From assembly GCA_004764695.1 (NCBI GenBank), contig SMSO01000025.1, positions 1,426,001-1,490,000 on the forward strand: 64,000 nt of DNA, read 5' to 3'. Positions 13,701 to 28,700 of this stretch are shown here, piece after piece. How positions within the stretch are numbered: the first letter of the stretch is position 1; each line of letters begins with the position of its first letter. A program made the translations under genes and the position numbers. Source of the stretch: Schizochytrium sp. TIO01 (taxonomy: Eukaryota; Protista; Bigyra: Labyrinthulomycetes). Below the pieces are notes generated by a model. That model worked only from the letters and a program-made list of their open reading frames with translations. It did not search any database and was not told the DNA's origin.

Positions 13701-16700
13701 AGCTGTACCAGTTGAAATAGTCACAGCACCACTTGTGCCTAGAGCAGCAGTACCAGATGCGATCGTTACAGCACCACCGGCAGTTGAGCCAGCTCCAGAA
13801 GTAAGATCGATGTGTCCGCCGATTCCTGTAGATGAGGCTCCTGAAGTCAAGGTGATAGCCCCACCAGTGCCAGATCCAGTGAGTCCACCGGCAGTCAGGA
13901 CGATGTTACCTGCAGTACCAGACGTTGCACCGGTACTAAATGTCAATGTTCCACTAGTACCAGTGGTAGTAGTACCTGTCTTTACAGTGATTGAGCCACT
14001 GTTCGTTGCATCAGGAGTTGCAATGGTTACTGCACCACTGGAAGTCCCGCCGCCAGACTGCAGGGTGACTGCACCACCAGTACCAGTACTTGAATCGGCG
14101 CCGCCATTAATGGTGACTTGACCTCCAGTACCAGATGCACTTGCACCACCCGCTAGTGCGAGCGTTCCACCAACTGCAGATGCGAAACTGGTCGCACCAC
14201 CAGTCAAAGTTGCACCAGCACCATTGGCGCCGGCGGTTGTGCCTGCACTAATGGTGATAGCTCCACCTGTGCCACTTGAAGCGCCAGACGCGATTGTAAC
14301 ATCTCCAGAGACCCCACTTGAGGAATCTCCAGTGACAATATCAATAAAGCCACTAACAGCGCCACTCTGAGCAGCACCGGCAGCAGTAAGAATAGAAACA
14401 GAGCCACTCGATGCGCCAGTTGAAGTGCCAGCGCCTGAAGTCATAGAAATGCTTCCGCCTGTGTTAGCACTTGAACTACCTGCGCTAAAAGTGAGGGCGC
14501 CACCAGTACCACTGCTGCTGCTACCAACAAAAAGTGAGATGTCACCACCCTTCCCAGCCACGGCAGTACCAGTGCTTATTGTAACATCACCTGAGGATCC
14601 ACTCGTAGCAGATCCAGTAGAAATTGTCAAAGCTCCTGTTGCTTGGGATGAGCTACTGGATATATCGACAGCGCCACTCGAGGTGCCGGAACCTGAGCTC
14701 AAGGTCAAAGCACCGCCAAATGCTGAGGACGAGACGCCTCCGGCAATGGTGACGCTACCTCCAATTCCGGTGCCACCAGAACCCGCAGTGATACCTACCG
14801 AACCACCAACAGTAGAGCCTTGGCCAGCAGTAAATGTCAATGCACCGCCTGTCGCAGCTGTAGCTTGACCTGCAGTGATGGTTACACCACCACCCGCAGT
14901 ACTGCCACTGCCGACACTCATCAAGATAGATCCTCCAGCACCACCTGTACCTGCGCCACCAGTCTGAATCGTAACACCACCAGTGCTACCACTTGATGAT
15001 GTGCCAGTACTGATTGTGATACCGCCGCTAACTCCACTTGTACCACTGTTGGGAGTGGTCATAGAGATAGAACCACTGGTAACACCACTGCCTGAAGTGA
15101 AGGTCAATGCACCACCAGTAGTGGTAACGGAAGCTCCCGCAGTAATTGCAACAGCACCACCAGTGCCAGATGAGCTAGCACCAGCAGTCAATGTGATCGC
15201 TCCTCCAACAGCGTTTGCAGCATTGGCAGCACCGGCCAAAATCTCAACACCACCACCAGTGCCAGTAGCACTGCCACCTGCAGACAACTTTACAAGACCT
15301 CCGCTGCCAGCTGTGGATGCGGTGCTTGTTGATAGAGTCAATGCACCAGTGGATCCAGAGGTAGCTGTACCAGTTGAAATAGTCACAGCACCACTTGTGC
15401 CTAGAGCAGCAGTACCAGATGCGATCGTTACAGCACCACCAGCAGTTGAGCCAGCTCCAGAAGTAAGATCAATGTGTCCGCCGATTCCTGTAGATGAGGC
15501 TCCTGAAGTCAAGGTGATAGCCCCACCAGTGCCAGATCCAGTGAGTCCACCGGCAGTCAGGACGATGTTACCTGCAGTACCAGACGTTGCACCGGTGCTG
15601 AGTGTCAATGTTCCACTAGTACCAGTGGTAGTAGTACCTGTCTTCACAGTGATTGAGCCACTGTTCGTTGCATCAGGAGTTGCAATGGTTACTGCACCAC
15701 TGGAAGTTCCGTCACCAGAATTAAAACTCAACGATCCACCAGTACCAGTACTTGAATCGGCACCGCCATCAATCGTCACATCGCCGCCAGTACCTCCGGT
15801 ACTCGAGCCACCTTTCAGTACCAAGGTACCACCTGTATTAGCTCCAGTCGTAGCTCCGGCTTGAACTGTAACATCACTGCCATCCGTACTGCTATCACTA
15901 GCACTGATCGTAACAGTACCTGCAGTAGTGCTGGCAAGTCCAGATGAAAGCACAATCGACCCAGATGTACCGCTTGCACTTCCGGTTGACAATGTCAGTG
16001 GACCACTGAAAGATGTGGTTGCAGCCGATGCAGCACTGCCAATCGTCACGGCTCCAGAGCTTGTACTTGAACCAGAAGTAAAAACAAGCGCACCACCTAT
16101 TCCACTAGTGGCGATACCTGCAGTGAGCGTGATATCGCTTCCAGTAGTCTGGCTGGTCGAACCAACACTGAGTGTGATTGCACCTGCAGACCCACCAACC
16201 GCAGTGCCAGTTGACAACGACACGGCACCGGAAGTACCAGCAGTGGAACTGCCCGTAGACAGACCAATGGCTCCAGTTCCAGTAGATCCTGATGAAGTCA
16301 AAGTAATTGCTCCACTACTGACTGATCCAGATCCTGACGTCACAGCGATTGCACCACCTGTGCCAGTTGTTGCCGTACCAGAACTGATCACTACTTGGCC
16401 ACCAGTACCGGAGGTACTATCACCAGCGTACATGTTCACAGCACCACCCACCATACCAGAAGCTACAGTTTTGCCTGCGTAAATCGATACGGCTGCTCCG
16501 TTACCGCCAGAAGAGACACCAACTGACAGCGTCATTGCACCGGCGGTGCCTACGGAGCCAGCGTTGCTGGTGGAAAGTGTTAAACTGCCACTACCAGCAG
16601 TACCGGCTGCCGCACCACTGGAAATGCTCACAGCACCGCTTAGTCCGGTTCCTCCAGTGCCTGAAGTAATTGTAACTGCGCCACCCGCAGCAGAGCCTTG

Positions 16701-19700
16701 GCCTGCTGTAAATGACAAGCCACCACCCGTAGCAGCTGTAGCCTGACCTGCAGTGATGGTTACATCACCACCCGCAGTACTGCCACTGCCGACAGTTATC
16801 GAGATAGCACCTCCAGCACCACCTGTACCTGCGCCACCAGTCTGAATCGTAACACCACCAGTGGTACCACTTGATGATGTGCCAGTACTGATTGTGATAC
16901 CGCCGCTAACTCCACTTGTACCACTGTTGGGAGTGGTCATAGAGATGGAACCACTGGTAACACCGCTGCCTGAAGTGAAAGTCAATGCGCCACCAATAGT
17001 TGTAACGGAAGCTCCCGCAGTAATTGCAACAGCACCACCAGTGCCAGATGAGCTAGCGCCAGCAGTCAACGTGATCGCTCCTCCAACAGCGTTTGCAGCA
17101 TTGGCAGCACCGGCCAAAATCTCAACACCACCACCAGTGCCAGTAGCACTGCCACCTGCAGACAACTTTACAAGACCTCCGCTGCCAGCTGTGGATGCGG
17201 TGCTTGTTGATAGAGTCAATGCACCAGTGGATCCAGAGGTAGCTGTACCAGTTGAAATAGTCACAGCACCACTTGTGCCTAGAGCAGCAGTACCAGATGC
17301 GATCGTTACAGCACCACCGGCAGTTGAGCCAGCTCCAGAAGTAAGATCGATGTGTCCGCCGATTCCTGTAGATGAGGCTCCTGAAGTCAAGGTGATAGCC
17401 CCACCAGTGCCAGATCCAGTGAGTCCACCGGCAGTCAGGACGATGTTTCCTGCAGTACCAGACGTTGCACCGGTGCTGAGTGTCAATGTTCCACTAGTAC
17501 CAGTGGTAGTAGTACCTGTCTTCACAGTGATTGAGCCACTGTTCGTTGCATCAGGAGTTGCAATGGTTACTGCACCACTGGAAGTCCCGCCGCCAGACTG
17601 CAGGGTGACTGCACCACCAGTACCAGTACTTGAATCGGCGCCGCCATTAATGGTGACTTGACCGCCAGTACCAGATGCACTTGCACCACCCGCTAGTGCG
17701 AGCGTTCCACCAACTGCAGATGCGAAAGTGGTCGCACCACCTGTCAAAGTTGCATCAGCACCATTGGCACCGGCGGTTGTGCCTGCACTAATCGTGATAG
17801 CTCCACCTGTGCCACTTGAAGCGCCAGACGCGATTGTAACATCTCCAGAGACCCCACTTGAGGAATCTCCAGTGACAATATCAATAAAGCCACTAACAGC
17901 GCCACTCTGAGCAGCACCGGCAGCAGTAAGAATAGAAACAGAGCCACTCGATGCGCCAGTTGAAGTGCCAGCGCCTGAAGTCATAGAAATGCTTCCGCCT
18001 GTGTTAGCACTTGAACTACCTGCGCTAAAAGTGAGGGCGCCACCAGTACCACTGCTGCTGCTACCAACAAAAAGTGAGATGTCACCACCCTTCCCAGCCA
18101 CGGCAGTACCAGTGCTTATTGTAACATCACCTGAGGATCCACTCGTAGCAGATCCAGTAGAAATTGTCAAAGCTCCTGTTGCTTGGGATGAGCTACTGGA
18201 TATATCGACAGCGCCACTCGAGGTGCCGGAACCTGAGCTCAAGGTCAAAGCACCGCCAAATGCTGAGGACGAGACGCCTCCGGCAACGGTGACGCTACCT
18301 CCAATTCCGGTGCCACCAGAACCCGCAGTGATACCTACCGAACCACCAACAGTAGAGCCTTGGCCAGCAGTAAATGTCAATGCACCGCCCGTCGCAGCTG
18401 TAGCTTGACCTGCAGTGATGGTTACGCCACCACCCGCAGTACTGCCACTGCCGACAGTTATCGAGATAGCACCTCCAGCACCACCAGTACCTGCGCCACC
18501 AGTCTGAATTGTAACACCACCAGTGGTACCACTTGATGATGTGCCAGTACTGATTGTGATACCGCCGCTAACTCCACTTGTACCACTGTTGGGAGTGGTC
18601 ATAGAGATAGAACCACTGGTAACACCACTGCCTGAAGTGAAGGTCAATGCACCACCAGTAGTGGTAACGGAAGCTCCCGCAGTAATTGCAACAGCACCAC
18701 CAGTGCCAGATGAGCTAGCACCAGCAGTCAATGTGATCGCTCCTCCAACAGCGCTTGCAGCATTGGCAGCACCTGCAGAAAGTTGAACCGACCCCCCGAC
18801 ACCGGTTGCACTACCGCCAGCAGACAACACGACATTTCCAGCTGTTCCTGACGTTGCTTCACCAGTTGAAATAGTTACAGTTCCCGTTCCGGTGGTTCCA
18901 GATGTACCGGAAGATACAGTTACACCACCACTCTTCAGGCTGCCACCTGTGCCTGACGTGATTGTAACTGCACCACCACTTGTTGAGCCCTGGCCAGCAG
19001 TAAATGTCAATGCACCGCCCGTCGCAGCTGTAGCTTGACCTGCAGTGATCGTTACACCACCACCAACAGTACTGCCACTGCCGACACTCATCAAGATAGA
19101 TCCTCCAGCACCACCTGTACCTGCGCCACCAGTCTGAATCGTAACACCACCAGTGGTACCACTTGATGATGTGCCAGTACTGATTGTGATACCTCCACTC
19201 ACTCCACTTGTACCACTGTTGGGAGTGGTCATGGAGATGGGGCCACTGGTAACACCGCTGCCTGACGTGAAAGTCAATGCACCGCCAGTAACAGCATTGG
19301 ACAATCCTGCAGAAATCGCAACAGCACCACCAGTGCCAGATGAACTAGCGCCAGCGGTCAATGTTATTGCACCTCCAGCAACGACACTAGCAGAGTTGGC
19401 AGCACCGGCCAAGATCTGAACACCACCACCAGTGCCAGTAGCACTGCCACCTGCAGACAACTTAACAAGACCTCCGCTGCCAGCTGTGGATGCGGTGCTT
19501 GTTGATAGAGTCAATGCACCAGTTGATCCAGAGGTTGCTGTACCAGTTGAAATAGTCACAGCACCACTTGTGCCTAGAGCAGCAGTACCAGATGCGATCG
19601 TTACAGCACCACCAGCAGTTGAGCCAGCTCCAGAAGTAAGATCGATGTGTCCGCCGATTCCTGTAGATGAGGCTCCTGAAGTCAAGGTGATAGCCCCACC

Positions 19701-22700
19701 AGTGCCAGAGCCAGTGAGTCCACCGGCAGTCAGGACAATGTTTCCGGCAGTACTAGACGTCGCACCGGTGCTGAGTGTCAATGTTCCACTAGTACCAGTG
19801 GTAGTAGTACCTGTCTTCACAGTGATTGAGCCACTGTTCGTTGCATCAGGAGTTGCAATGGTTACTGCACCACTGGAAGTTCCGTCACCAGAATTAAAAC
19901 TCAACGATCCACCAGTACCAGTACTATCAGGACCGCCATCAATCGTCACATCGCCGCCAGTACCTCCAGTACTCGAGCCACCTTTCAGTACCAAGGTACC
20001 ACCTGTATTAGCTCCAGTCGTAGCTCCGGCTTGAACTGTAACATCACTGCCATCCGTACTGCTATCACCAGCACTGATCGTAACAGTACCTGCAGTAGTG
20101 CTGGCAAGTCCAGATGAAAGCACAATCGAACCAGAGGTACCGCTCGCACTTCCGGTTGACAATGTCAGTGGACCACTGAAAGATGTGGTTGCCGCCGATG
20201 CAGCACTGCCAATCGTCACGGCTCCAGAGCTAGTACTTGAACCAGAAGTGAAAACAAGCGCACCACCTGTTCCACTAGTGGCAATACCTGCAGTGAGCGT
20301 GATATCGCTTCCTGTAGTCTGGCTGGTCGAACCAACACTGAGTGTGATTGCACCTGCAGACCCACCAACCGCAGTGCCAGTTGACAACGACACGGCACCG
20401 GAAGTACCAGCAGTGGAACTGCCCGTAGACAGACCAATGGCTCCAGTTCCAGTAGATCCTGATGAAGTCAAAGTAATTGCTCCACTACTGACTGATCCAG
20501 ATCCTGACGTCACAGCGATTGCACCACCTGTGCCAGTTGTTGCCGTACCAGAACTGATCACTACTTGGCCACCAGTACCGGAGGTACTATCACCAGCGTA
20601 CATGTTCACAGCACCACCGACCATACCAGAAGCTACAGTTTTGCCTGCGTAAATCGACACGGCTGCTCCGTTACCGCCAGAAGAGACACCAACTGACAGC
20701 GTCATTGCACCGGCGGTGCCTCCGGAGCCAGCGTTGCTGGTGGAAAGTGTTAAACTGCCACTGCCAGCAGTACCGGCTGCCGCACCACTGGAAATGCTCA
20801 CAGCACCGCTTAGTCCGGTTCCTCCAGTGCCTGAAGTAATTGTAACTGCGCCACCCGCAGCAGAGCCTTGGCCTGCTGTAAATGACAAGTCACCACCCGT
20901 AGCAGCTGTAGCCTGACCTGCAGTGATGGTTACATCACCACCCGCAGTACTGCCACTGCCGACAGTTATCGAGATAGCACCTCCAGAACCACCTGTACCT
21001 GCGCCACCAGTCTGAATCGTAACACCACCAGTGGTACCACTTGATGATGTGCCAGTACTGATTGTGATACCTCCGCTAACTCCACTTGTACCACTGTTGG
21101 GAGTGGTCATGGAGATGGAACCACTGGTAACACCGCTGCCTGACGTGAAAGTCAATGCACCGCCAGTAATAGCACTGGATAATCCTGCAGAAATCGCAAC
21201 AGCACCACCAGTGCCAGATGAGCTAGCGCCAGCGGTCAATGTGATTGCACCTCCAGCAACGACACTAGCAGAGTTGGCAGCACCGGCCAAGATCTCAACA
21301 CCACCACCAGTGCCAGTAGCACTGCCACCTGCAGACAACTTTACAAGACCTCCGCTGCCAGCTGTGGATGCGGTGCTTGTTGATAGAGTCAACGCACCAG
21401 TTGATCCAGAGGCAGCTGTACCAGTTGAAATAGTCACAGCACCACTTGTACCTGAAGCAGCATTACCCGAAGCTATAGTGATGGTTCCTCCGTGACTGCT
21501 AGTTGAACTGCTGGAGGAGCCAGCACTGATCTGAATTGAGCCACCAATGGCAGATAACGCAGAAGTGTCACCAGCAGTAAGGAAGAGACTGCCTCCTGTC
21601 GCAGTGTCTGAAGAACCAACAAGTAAGGAGATATCCCCGCTTGCGCCACCAAAAGCTGTTCCTGTGGAAATCTTTACTTCTCCAGATTCACCGATTGTGG
21701 TAATGCCTGTTTGTAAGTTAATTGAGCCAGATGTACCAGAGCTGCCACCATTTGCGGTTTGAATATAGATATGACCACTACTGGAACTACTTCCATAACC
21801 TGATTCAAGATATAATACTCCTCCTGTTGCACTGGTGGAACTTCCAGCATTTAAATGGACTGAGCCTCCAACAGAAGTGCCGCTGCCAACAGATAGAGTT
21901 ATATCTCCTGCCTTCCCTGCGGTTACTACTGCTCCAGTAGCCAGTAATAGCTCACCCGAGTCACCTGTGGTGGTACCACCAGTACTGAGGGAAATGTAAC
22001 CTGACGAGCCTGTCGACGCAGCAGCAGCAGTACTAACAAATATCGCTCCACTGCTTGATGAGCTACCAGTTCCGGATGATAGGGTTATTGAACCGCCCGT
22101 CAATGAACTACTTTCTCCTGCAACCAGAAGTATTTGTCCACCTGCATTAGTATCACCAGTGCCAACAGACAGTGTGATATCTCCACCTGTGCCACTTGTG
22201 GCATCACCAGTCACAACCTTGAACTCTCCAGTATTACCAATGGTCGTGCTGCCAGTTGTAATCGTCACTGCACCACTGACCCCACTCGTGCCACCATCAG
22301 CAGTCACAAGTTCAATACTGCCACTGGAAGTAGCACTTCCAGCACCAGTAGTTAGTCGAATGCGACCTCCAGTACTGGAAAGACCAACACCAGATGTGAT
22401 ATCGATCGAACCACCAACGCCTGCAGTGCCACCGCTGCCAGCTCCAGCTGTCAATACAATAGCACCACCAGTACCAGTGGCAGCTCTGTTCAAACCTGCA
22501 GTGATGGTAACTTGTCCACCTGTAACAACATCACCTGAGCCAACAAGCAATGAAATATCGCCACCCTTGCCAGTTGTGCCGCTGCCAGTAGAGATCAGAA
22601 CTTCACCAGCAAATCCAGTACCAGCCGTGCCAGTCGACAATGAAATACTGCCACTGGTTCCTGCACCGCCGCCATTCGGTGTGTCAATGACAATGTGACC

Positions 22701-25700
22701 ACTAGAAGACGCAGAACCATATCCTGATGTAAAAGTCATTGAACCTCCTGTTGCTACACTCGAAGATCCTGCAGTAAGTGCAACGAGGCCGCCAGCACCA
22801 GAAGTACCAGTGCCAACAGACAGAGTGATATCTCCACCTGTGCCACTTGTCGCATCACCAGTCACAACCTTGAACTCGCCAGTATTACCAATGGTCGTGC
22901 TGCCAGTTGTAATCGTCACTGCACCACTGACACCACTCGTGCCACCATCAGCAGTCACAAGTTCGATACTGCCACTTGAACTAGCACTTCCAGCACCAGT
23001 AGTTAGTCGAATGCGACCTCCAGTACTGGAAAGACCAACACCAGATGTGATATCGATCGAACCACCAACGCCTGCAGTGCCACCGCTGCCAGCTCCAGCT
23101 GTCAATACAATAGCACCACCAGTACCAGTGGCAGCTCTGTTCAAACCTGCAGTGATGGTAACTTGTCCACCTGTGCCAACATCACCTGAGCCAACGAGCA
23201 ATGAAATATCGCCACCCTTGCCAGTTGTGCCGCTGCCAGTCGAGATCAGAACTTCGCCAGCATATCCAGAAACTGTAGTTCCAGTGGACAATGAAATACT
23301 GCCACTTGTTCCGAGTGTGCCTCCATTTGGTGTGTCAATGACAATGTGACCACTAGAAGACGCAGAACCATATCCTGATGTAAACGTTATTGAACCTCCT
23401 GTTGCTACGCTCGAAGATCCTGCAGTAAGTGCAACCAGGCCGCCAGCACCAGAAGTACCAGTGCCAACAGACAGTGTAATATCTCCACCTGTGCCACTTG
23501 TGGCATCACCAGTTACAACCTTGAACTCGCCAGTATCACCAATGGTCGTGCTGCCAGTTGTAATCGTCACTGCACCACTGACACCACTCGTGCCACCATC
23601 AGCAGTCACAAGTTCAATACTGCCACTGGAAGTAGCACTTCCAGCACCAGTAGTTAGTCGAATGCGACCTCCCGTGTTGGAAAGACCAACACCAGATGTG
23701 ATATCGATAGAACCACCAACGCCTGCAGTACCACCACTGCCAGCTCCAGCTGTCAATACAATAGCACCACCAGTACCAGTGGCAGCTCTGTTCAAACCTG
23801 CAGTAATGGTAACTTGTCCACCTGTATCCACATTACCTGAGCCAACCAGCAATGAGATATCACCACCTTTGCCAGCTGTTGCACTACCGGTCGAGATCAT
23901 AACTTCACCAGCATATCCATTACCAGCCGTGCCAGTCGACAATGAAATACTGCCGCTTGTTCCTGTACCGCCGCCATTAGGTGTGTCAATGACAATGTGA
24001 CCACTAGAAGACGCAGAACCATATCCTGATGTAAAAGTCATTGAACCTCCTGTTGCTACGCTCGAAGATCCAGCAGTAAGTGCAACCAGGCCGCCAGCAC
24101 CAGAAGTACCAGTGCCAACAGACAGAGTGATATCTCCACCTGTGCCACTTGTCGCATCACCAGTCACAACCTTGAACTCGCCAGTATTTCCAATGGTCGT
24201 GCTGCCAGTTGTAATCGTCACTGCACCACTGACACCACTCGTGCCACCATCAGCAGTCACAAGTTCAATACTGCCACTTGAAGTAGCACTTCCTGCACCA
24301 GTAGTTAGTCGAATGCGACCTCCCGTGTTGGAAAGGCCAACACCAGATGTGATATCGATAGAACCACCAACGCCTGCAGTACCACCACTGCCAGCTCCAG
24401 CTGTCAATACAATAGCACCACCAGTACCAGTGGCAGCTCTGTTCAAACCTGCAGTGATGGTAACTTGTCCACCTGTATCCACATTACCTGAGCCAACCAG
24501 CAATGAGATATCACCACCTTTGCCAGCTGTTGCACTACCGGTCGAGATCATAACTTCACCAGCATATCCATTACCAGCCGTGCCAGTCGACAATGAAATA
24601 CTGCCGCTTGTTCCTGTACCGCCGCCATTCGGTGTGTCAATGACAATGTGACCACTAGAAGACGCAGAACCATATCCTGATGTAAACGTTATTGAACCTC
24701 CTGTTGATACGCTCGAAGATCCTGCAGTAAGTGCAACGAGGCCGCCAGCACCAGAAGTACCAGTGCCAACAGACAGAGTGATATCTCCACCTGTGCCACT
24801 TGTGGCATCACCAGTTACAACCTTGAACTCGCCAGTATCACCAATGGTCGTGCTGCCAGTTGTAATCGTCACTGCACCACTGACACCACTCGTGCCACCA
24901 TCAGCAGTCACAAGTTCAATACTGCCACTTGAAGTAGCACTTCCTGCACCAGTAGTTAGTCGAATGCGACCTCCCGTGTTGGAAAGACCAACACCAGATG
25001 TGATATCGATTGAACCACCAACGCCTGCAGTGCCACCGCTGCCAGCTCCAGCTGTCAATACAATAGCACCACCAGTACCAGTGGCAGCTCTGTTCAAACC
25101 TGCAGTGATGGTAACTTGTCCACCTGTAACAACATCACCTGAGCCAACGAGCAATGCAATATCGCCACCCTTGCCAGTTGTGCCGCTGCCAGTCGAGATC
25201 AGAACTTCGCCAGCATAACCATTACCAGCCGTGCCAGTCGACAATGAAATACTGCCGCTTGTTCCTGCACCGCCGCCATTCGGTGTGTCAATGACAATGT
25301 GACCACTAGAAGACGCAGAACCATATCCTGATGTGAAAGTCATTGAACCTCCTGTTGCTACGCTCGAAGATCCAGCAGTAAGTGCAACCAGGCCGCCAGC
25401 ACCAGAAGTACCAGTGCCAACAGACAGAGTGATATCTCCACCTGTGCCACTTGTCGCATCACCAGTCACAACCTTGAACTCGCCAGTATTTCCAATGGTC
25501 GTGCTGCCAGTTGTAATCGTCACTGCACCACTGACACCACTAGTGCCACCATCAGCAGTCACAAGTTCAATACTGCCACTTGAAGTAGCACTTCCTGCAC
25601 CAGTAGTTAGTCGAATGCGACCTCCCGTGTTGGAAAGGCCAACACCAGATGTGATATCGATTGAACCACCAACGCCTGCAGTACCACCACTGCCAGCTCC

Positions 25701-28700
25701 AGCTGTCAATACAATAGCACCACCAGTACCAGTGGCAGCTCTGTTCAAACCTGCAGTGATGGTAACTTGTCCACCTGTATCCACATTACCTGAGCCAACC
25801 AGCAATGAGATATCACCACCTTTGCCAGCTGTTGCACTACCGGTCGAGATCATAACTTCACCAGCATATCCATTACCAGCCGTGCCAGTCGACAATGAAA
25901 TACTGCCGCTTGTTCCTGTACCGCCGCCATTCGGTGTGTCAATGACAATGTGACCACTAGAAGACGCAGAACCATATCCTGATGTGAAAGTCATTGAACC
26001 TCCTGTTGCTACGCTCGAAGATCCAGCAGTAAGTGCAACCAGGCCGCCAGCACCAGAAGTACCAGTGCCAACAGACAGAGTGATATCTCCACCTGTGCCA
26101 CTTGTCGCATCACCAGTCACAACCTTGAACTCGCCAGTATTTCCAATGGTCGTGCTGCCAGTTGTAATCGTCACTGCACCACTGACACCACTCGTGCCAC
26201 CATCAGCAGTCACAAGTTCAATACTGCCACTTGAAGTAGCACTTCCTGCACCAGTAGTTAGTCGAATGCGACCTCCCGTGTTGGAAAGGCCAACACCTGA
26301 TGTGATATCGATAGAACCACCAACGCCTGCAGTACCACCACTGCCAGCTCCAGCTGTCAATACAATAGCACCACCAGTACCAGTGGCAGCTCTGTTCAAA
26401 CCTGCAGTGATGGTAACTTGTCCACCTGTATCCACATTACCTGAGCCAACCAGCAATGAGATATCACCACCTTTGCCAGCTGTTGCACTACCGGTCGAGA
26501 TCATAACTTCACCAGCATATCCATTACCAGCCGTGCCAGTCGACAATGAAATACTGCCGCTTGTTCCTGTACCGCCGCCATTCGGTGTGTCAATGACAAT
26601 GTGACCACTAGAAGACGCAGAACCATATCCTGATGTAAACGTTATTGAACCTCCTGTTGATACGCTCGAAGATCCTGCAGTAAGTGCAACGAGGCCGCCA
26701 GCACCAGAAGTACCAGTGCCAACAGACAGAGTGATATCTCCACCTGTGCCACTTGTGGCATCACCAGTTACAACCTTGAACTCGCCAGTATCACCAATGG
26801 TCGTGCTGCCAGTTGTAATCGTCACTGCACCACTGACACCACTCGTGCCACCATCAGCAGTCACAAGTTCAATACTGCCACTGGAAGTAGCACTTCCAGC
26901 ACCAGTAGTTAGTCGAATGCGACCTCCCGTGTTGGAAAGACCAACACCTGATGTGATATCGATCGAACCACCGCTACCTGCAGTGCCACCGCTGCCAGCT
27001 CCAGCTGTCAATACAATAGCACCACCAGTACCAGTGGCAGCTCTGTTCAAACCTGCAGTGATGGTAACTTGTCCACCTGTAACAACATCACCTGAGCCAA
27101 CGAGCAATGAAATATCGCCACCCTTGCCAGTTGTGCCGCTGCCAGTCGAGATCAGAACTTCGCCAGCATAACCATTACCAGCCGTGCCAGTCGACAATGA
27201 AATACTGCCACTTGTTCCTGCACCGCCGCCATTCGGTGTGTCAATGACAATGTGACCACTAGAAGACGCAGAACCATATCCTGATGTGAAAGTCATTGAA
27301 CCTCCTGTTGCTACGCTCGAAGATCCAGCAGTAAGTGCAACCAGGCCGCCAGCACCAGAAGTACCAGTGCCAACAGACAGAGTGATATCTCCACCTGTGC
27401 CACTTGTCGCATCACCAGTTACAACCTTGAACTCGCCAGTATCACCAATGGTCGTGCTACCAGTTGTAATCGTCACTGCACCACTGACACCACTCGTGCC
27501 ACCATCAGCAGTCACAAGTTCAATACTGCCACTGGAAGAAGCTGTGCCAGCACCTGTAGTCAAACGAATGCGGCCACCAGTTTCGCTTGCACCAACACCA
27601 GATGTGATATCAATAGAGCCACCCACGCCAGATGTAGTACCACTGGCAGCACCTGCTGTCAATACAATAGCACCACCAGTACCAGTGGCAGCTCTGTTCA
27701 AACCTGCAGTGATGATAACTTGTCCACCTGAAACAACATCACCTGAGCCAACGAGCAATGAAATATCGCCACCCTTGCCAGTTGTGCCGCTGCCAGTCGA
27801 GATCAGAACTTCACCAGCAAATCCAGTACCAGCCGTGCCAGTCGACAATGAAATACTGCCACTGGTTCCTGCACCGCCGCCATTCGGTGTGTCAATGACA
27901 ATGTGACCACTAGAAGACGCAGAACCATATCCTGATGTAAACGTTATTGAACCTCCAGTTGATACGCTGGAAGATCCTGCAGTAAGTGCAATGAGGCCGC
28001 CAGCACCAGAAGTACCAGTGCCGACAGACAGAGTGATATCTCCACCTGTGCCACTTGTGGCATCACCAGTCACGACCTTGAACTCGCCAGTATCTCCAAT
28101 GGTCGTGCTGCCAGTTGTAATCGTCACAGCACCACTGACACCACTTGTGCCACCATCCGCAGTGACAAGTTCAATACTTCCACTAGAAGTAGCAGAGCCC
28201 GCTCCAGTGGTTAGTCTAATGCGACCTCCAGTGTTGGAAGCACCAACACCTGAGGTAATATCAATTGAGCCACCAACACTAGCAGGAGAACCAGTACCGT
28301 CTCCAGCAGCCATGAGAATTGCACCACCTGTGCCGGTATCAGCACTGCTGTCACCTGCAGTAATGGTCACCATTCCACCAGTTGAGACATCTCCAGTACC
28401 AACAAGTAAAGAAATATCTCCTCCTTTGCCATTCACGGCTGTTCCAGTAGAAATATAAACTTCGCCAGAATATCCAGCAGTAGTACTGCCAGTAGAAAGC
28501 GAAATACTACCACTTGTACCAGTGGAACCACCATTCGGCGTCTCAATAACAATATGACCACTGGACTTTGACGATCCAGCACCGGAGGTGAAGGTCATTG
28601 AACCACCGGTCAAGTCATTGGTTGAGCCTGCAGTCAATGCAACAAGGCCGCCGGCACCGGAAGTACCGGTGCCTACTGAAAGAGTTATATCTCCGCCAGC

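Larger units (their letters stand above)
1..21460 (-). repeat. Coding mosaic array of shuffled modules with a 9,960-bp higher-order period (at least 2.1 copies)
   Basis: Module A markers lie at 158, 2405, 5948, 10118, 12381, 15928 and 20098. Module B markers lie at 4445, 7985, 14425 and 17965. Module D lies near 8800-9000 and 18780-18980. Module E lies near 1750-2215 and 11720-12190. Confidence 0.92.
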
